DNA from: a bacterium
GTDB taxonomy: Bacteria > Patescibacteriota > Saccharimonadia > Saccharimonadales > AWTP1-31
NCBI GenBank assembly: GCA_030426125.1
Contig: JAUHZB010000001.1
Coordinates: forward strand, 94,583-158,582
Direction: 5' to 3'
Length of the DNA: 64,000 nt
Positions 62,662-64,000 of this stretch are shown piece after piece; within the stretch, counting starts at the first letter, position 1, and each line of letters starts with the position of its first letter. The translations under genes and the position numbers were made by a program. The notes below the pieces were generated by a model. The model made no database searches, was not told the origin of the DNA, and worked only from the letters and a program-made list of their open reading frames with translations.

Positions 62662-64000
62662 TTAATACGGCTTAGTAGCAACCAAAGATATATTTAAGGT
62701 TATAGCCTTTTTGCTAGTCGAGGATAGTTGTTTTTCTAGACGTTGCTTGTCTTGGTTATTAAATTCAATACTGTCGTTTACTAGTAGTAGGGCAGTGGCA
62801 GTAGCTTTTTTGTCGCTGTTTTCTTCCAGTTCTAGGGACACAACACTATTTACACCGTTTATGCCCCGCAGTGATTTTCTGATTGAAGCCAACAAATCTT
62901 CACGCTCCTGATTAGCACCAATTATCTTACTATCCAATACTTCCATAGATATAGTTACATCACGTCCAACCAACTTACCGATTTTTTCTTCAATTGCAGT
63001 TATGTCTTCGGTATTAATATCTAGTTCCGATGTTGATCTAATGCTAGCACCAATATTCCAACCAGCTTGGCTGTCTAGCTGAGCATTGACGCTATTTATG
63101 CGAATAGTGGAATCTAGTTCTGCAATTTGTTCATTGAAGCTTTCTTCAACAATTTTACGCTCGCCAATTTCTTGTAGCTCTTTTTCAGTAACCGGCTGGA
63201 TTGAGTCTTGCTGAACAAGTTGTAGATCTATTTGCTTACCTAGTTTATTGGTTAGCTCATCAATTATTTCTTTTTCTTGTTCGAAGCTAATAGTTCTAGT
63301 TGGTGGCAGTAGTAGTAGCGCTTTTATGGAAACTTTATTGCCATCAGGAGATAGCTTGATCTGGTAGTTCTGGATTTCAGTGTTTGGCACAAACTCCTCG
63401 ACTTTTTTATCAATCGTTGTTTTGGCCGAGTTACTAATGGCTGAGCTAGCAATGGAGCTTTCTAGTTGCCAATAAAGCGGGAAAGAGATAATAACTAGGG
63501 CGCCAATAATTAGGGCTACTTGTTTGGTTTCAAGTTTAGAAAAATCTCGGCCATTTATAAAGACCGAGAAGATTAAGGTTGAAACCAGCATTATGGTTAA
63601 AGCGTTGGTTAAGAAAAGCAAAAAACCACCGTAGAGGACCTCGAAGTTAAAGTAGGCTAGTCCGATTCCACTTACACAAAGTGGAGGCACCAAAGAAGTT
63701 GCAACTGCTACACCAGCCACCGAATCGCTAATCTTTGGAATTGCAACTGCCAGGGCGGCTATAACTGCGGCTGCTAGGGCTATGAAAATCTCCAGAGAAG
63801 TTGGGGAGGTTCTCAGCAACATCTCTGAAGTTATTTCTTTATATGGTGTTAATAGAGCAACTAGCGTTGCGCCGGCGAATATAGCTATGGTGGAGATTAC
63901 TAGGATAATGAAGGGGTTAATAGATATTTTTGTTTTCTTGGTAACCAATTTGTAGGAAACATTAAGGATCGGCCACATCAAAGGAGCGATGATCATACCA
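62662..64000 (-). CDS. DUF389/TIGR00341-family membrane protein, 5' end outside the window
   Basis: MIIAPLMWPI, EMLLRTSP, AGVAVATSLVPP, LFLTN motifs; the frame is open to the window edge. Confidence 0.88.
   Translation of the reverse strand, partial: GMIIAPLMWPILNVSYKLVTKKTKISINPFIILVISTIAIFAGATLVALLTPYKEITSEMLLRTSPTSLEIFIALAAAVIAALAVAIPKISDSVAGVAVATSLVPPLCVSGIGLAYFNFEVLYGGFLLFLTNALTIMLVSTLIFSVFINGRDFSKLETKQVALIIGALVIISFPLYWQLESSIASSAISNSAKTTIDKKVEEFVPNTEIQNYQIKLSPDGNKVSIKALLLLPPTRTISFEQEKEIIDELTNKLGKQIDLQLVQQDSIQPVTEKELQEIGERKIVEESFNEQIAELDSTIRINSVNAQLDSQAGWNIGASIRSTSELDINTEDITAIEEKIGKLVGRDVTISMEVLDSKIIGANQEREDLLASIRKSLRGINGVNSVVSLELEENSDKKATATALLLVNDSIEFNNQDKQRLEKQLSSTSKKAITLNISLVATKPY

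Overview
Origin-proximal chromosomal window of a small-genome bacterium using genetic code 11. It is most likely Patescibacteria/CPR and Saccharibacteria-like; this is an inference from gene content, the short archaeal-type AspRS, and many apparently leaderless genes. The window opens with a DnaA-box cluster and an rpmH-rnpA-yidC-jag block that is interrupted by inserted genes. A ~40 kb cell-envelope glycan region follows: wzm/wzt, GT2/GT4/GT-C glycosyltransferases, rmlABCD, wecB/wecC-like genes, a PAPS-supply plus sulfotransferase plus TagF/TarI-like module, a priming sugar transferase, GtrA, LCP and uppP, with guaB/purA inside it. After that come housekeeping genes (nadD, dsbA, Kef-type antiporter, CBS protein, aspS). 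Highlights: (1) a cobalamin-riboswitch-like RNA with a clear RBS-sequestering switch, upstream of an unknown acidic Cys-motif protein and an unannotated 55-aa zinc-finger microprotein; (2) four paralogous secreted surface proteins ending in a sortase-type LA(E/D)TG-TM-basic tail, with a recurring AAGCAT promoter motif near three of them; (3) a candidate sulfated teichoic-acid-like polymer pathway. I saw no rRNA, tRNA, CRISPR array or transposase. All family assignments come from motif recognition by eye, not database searches.
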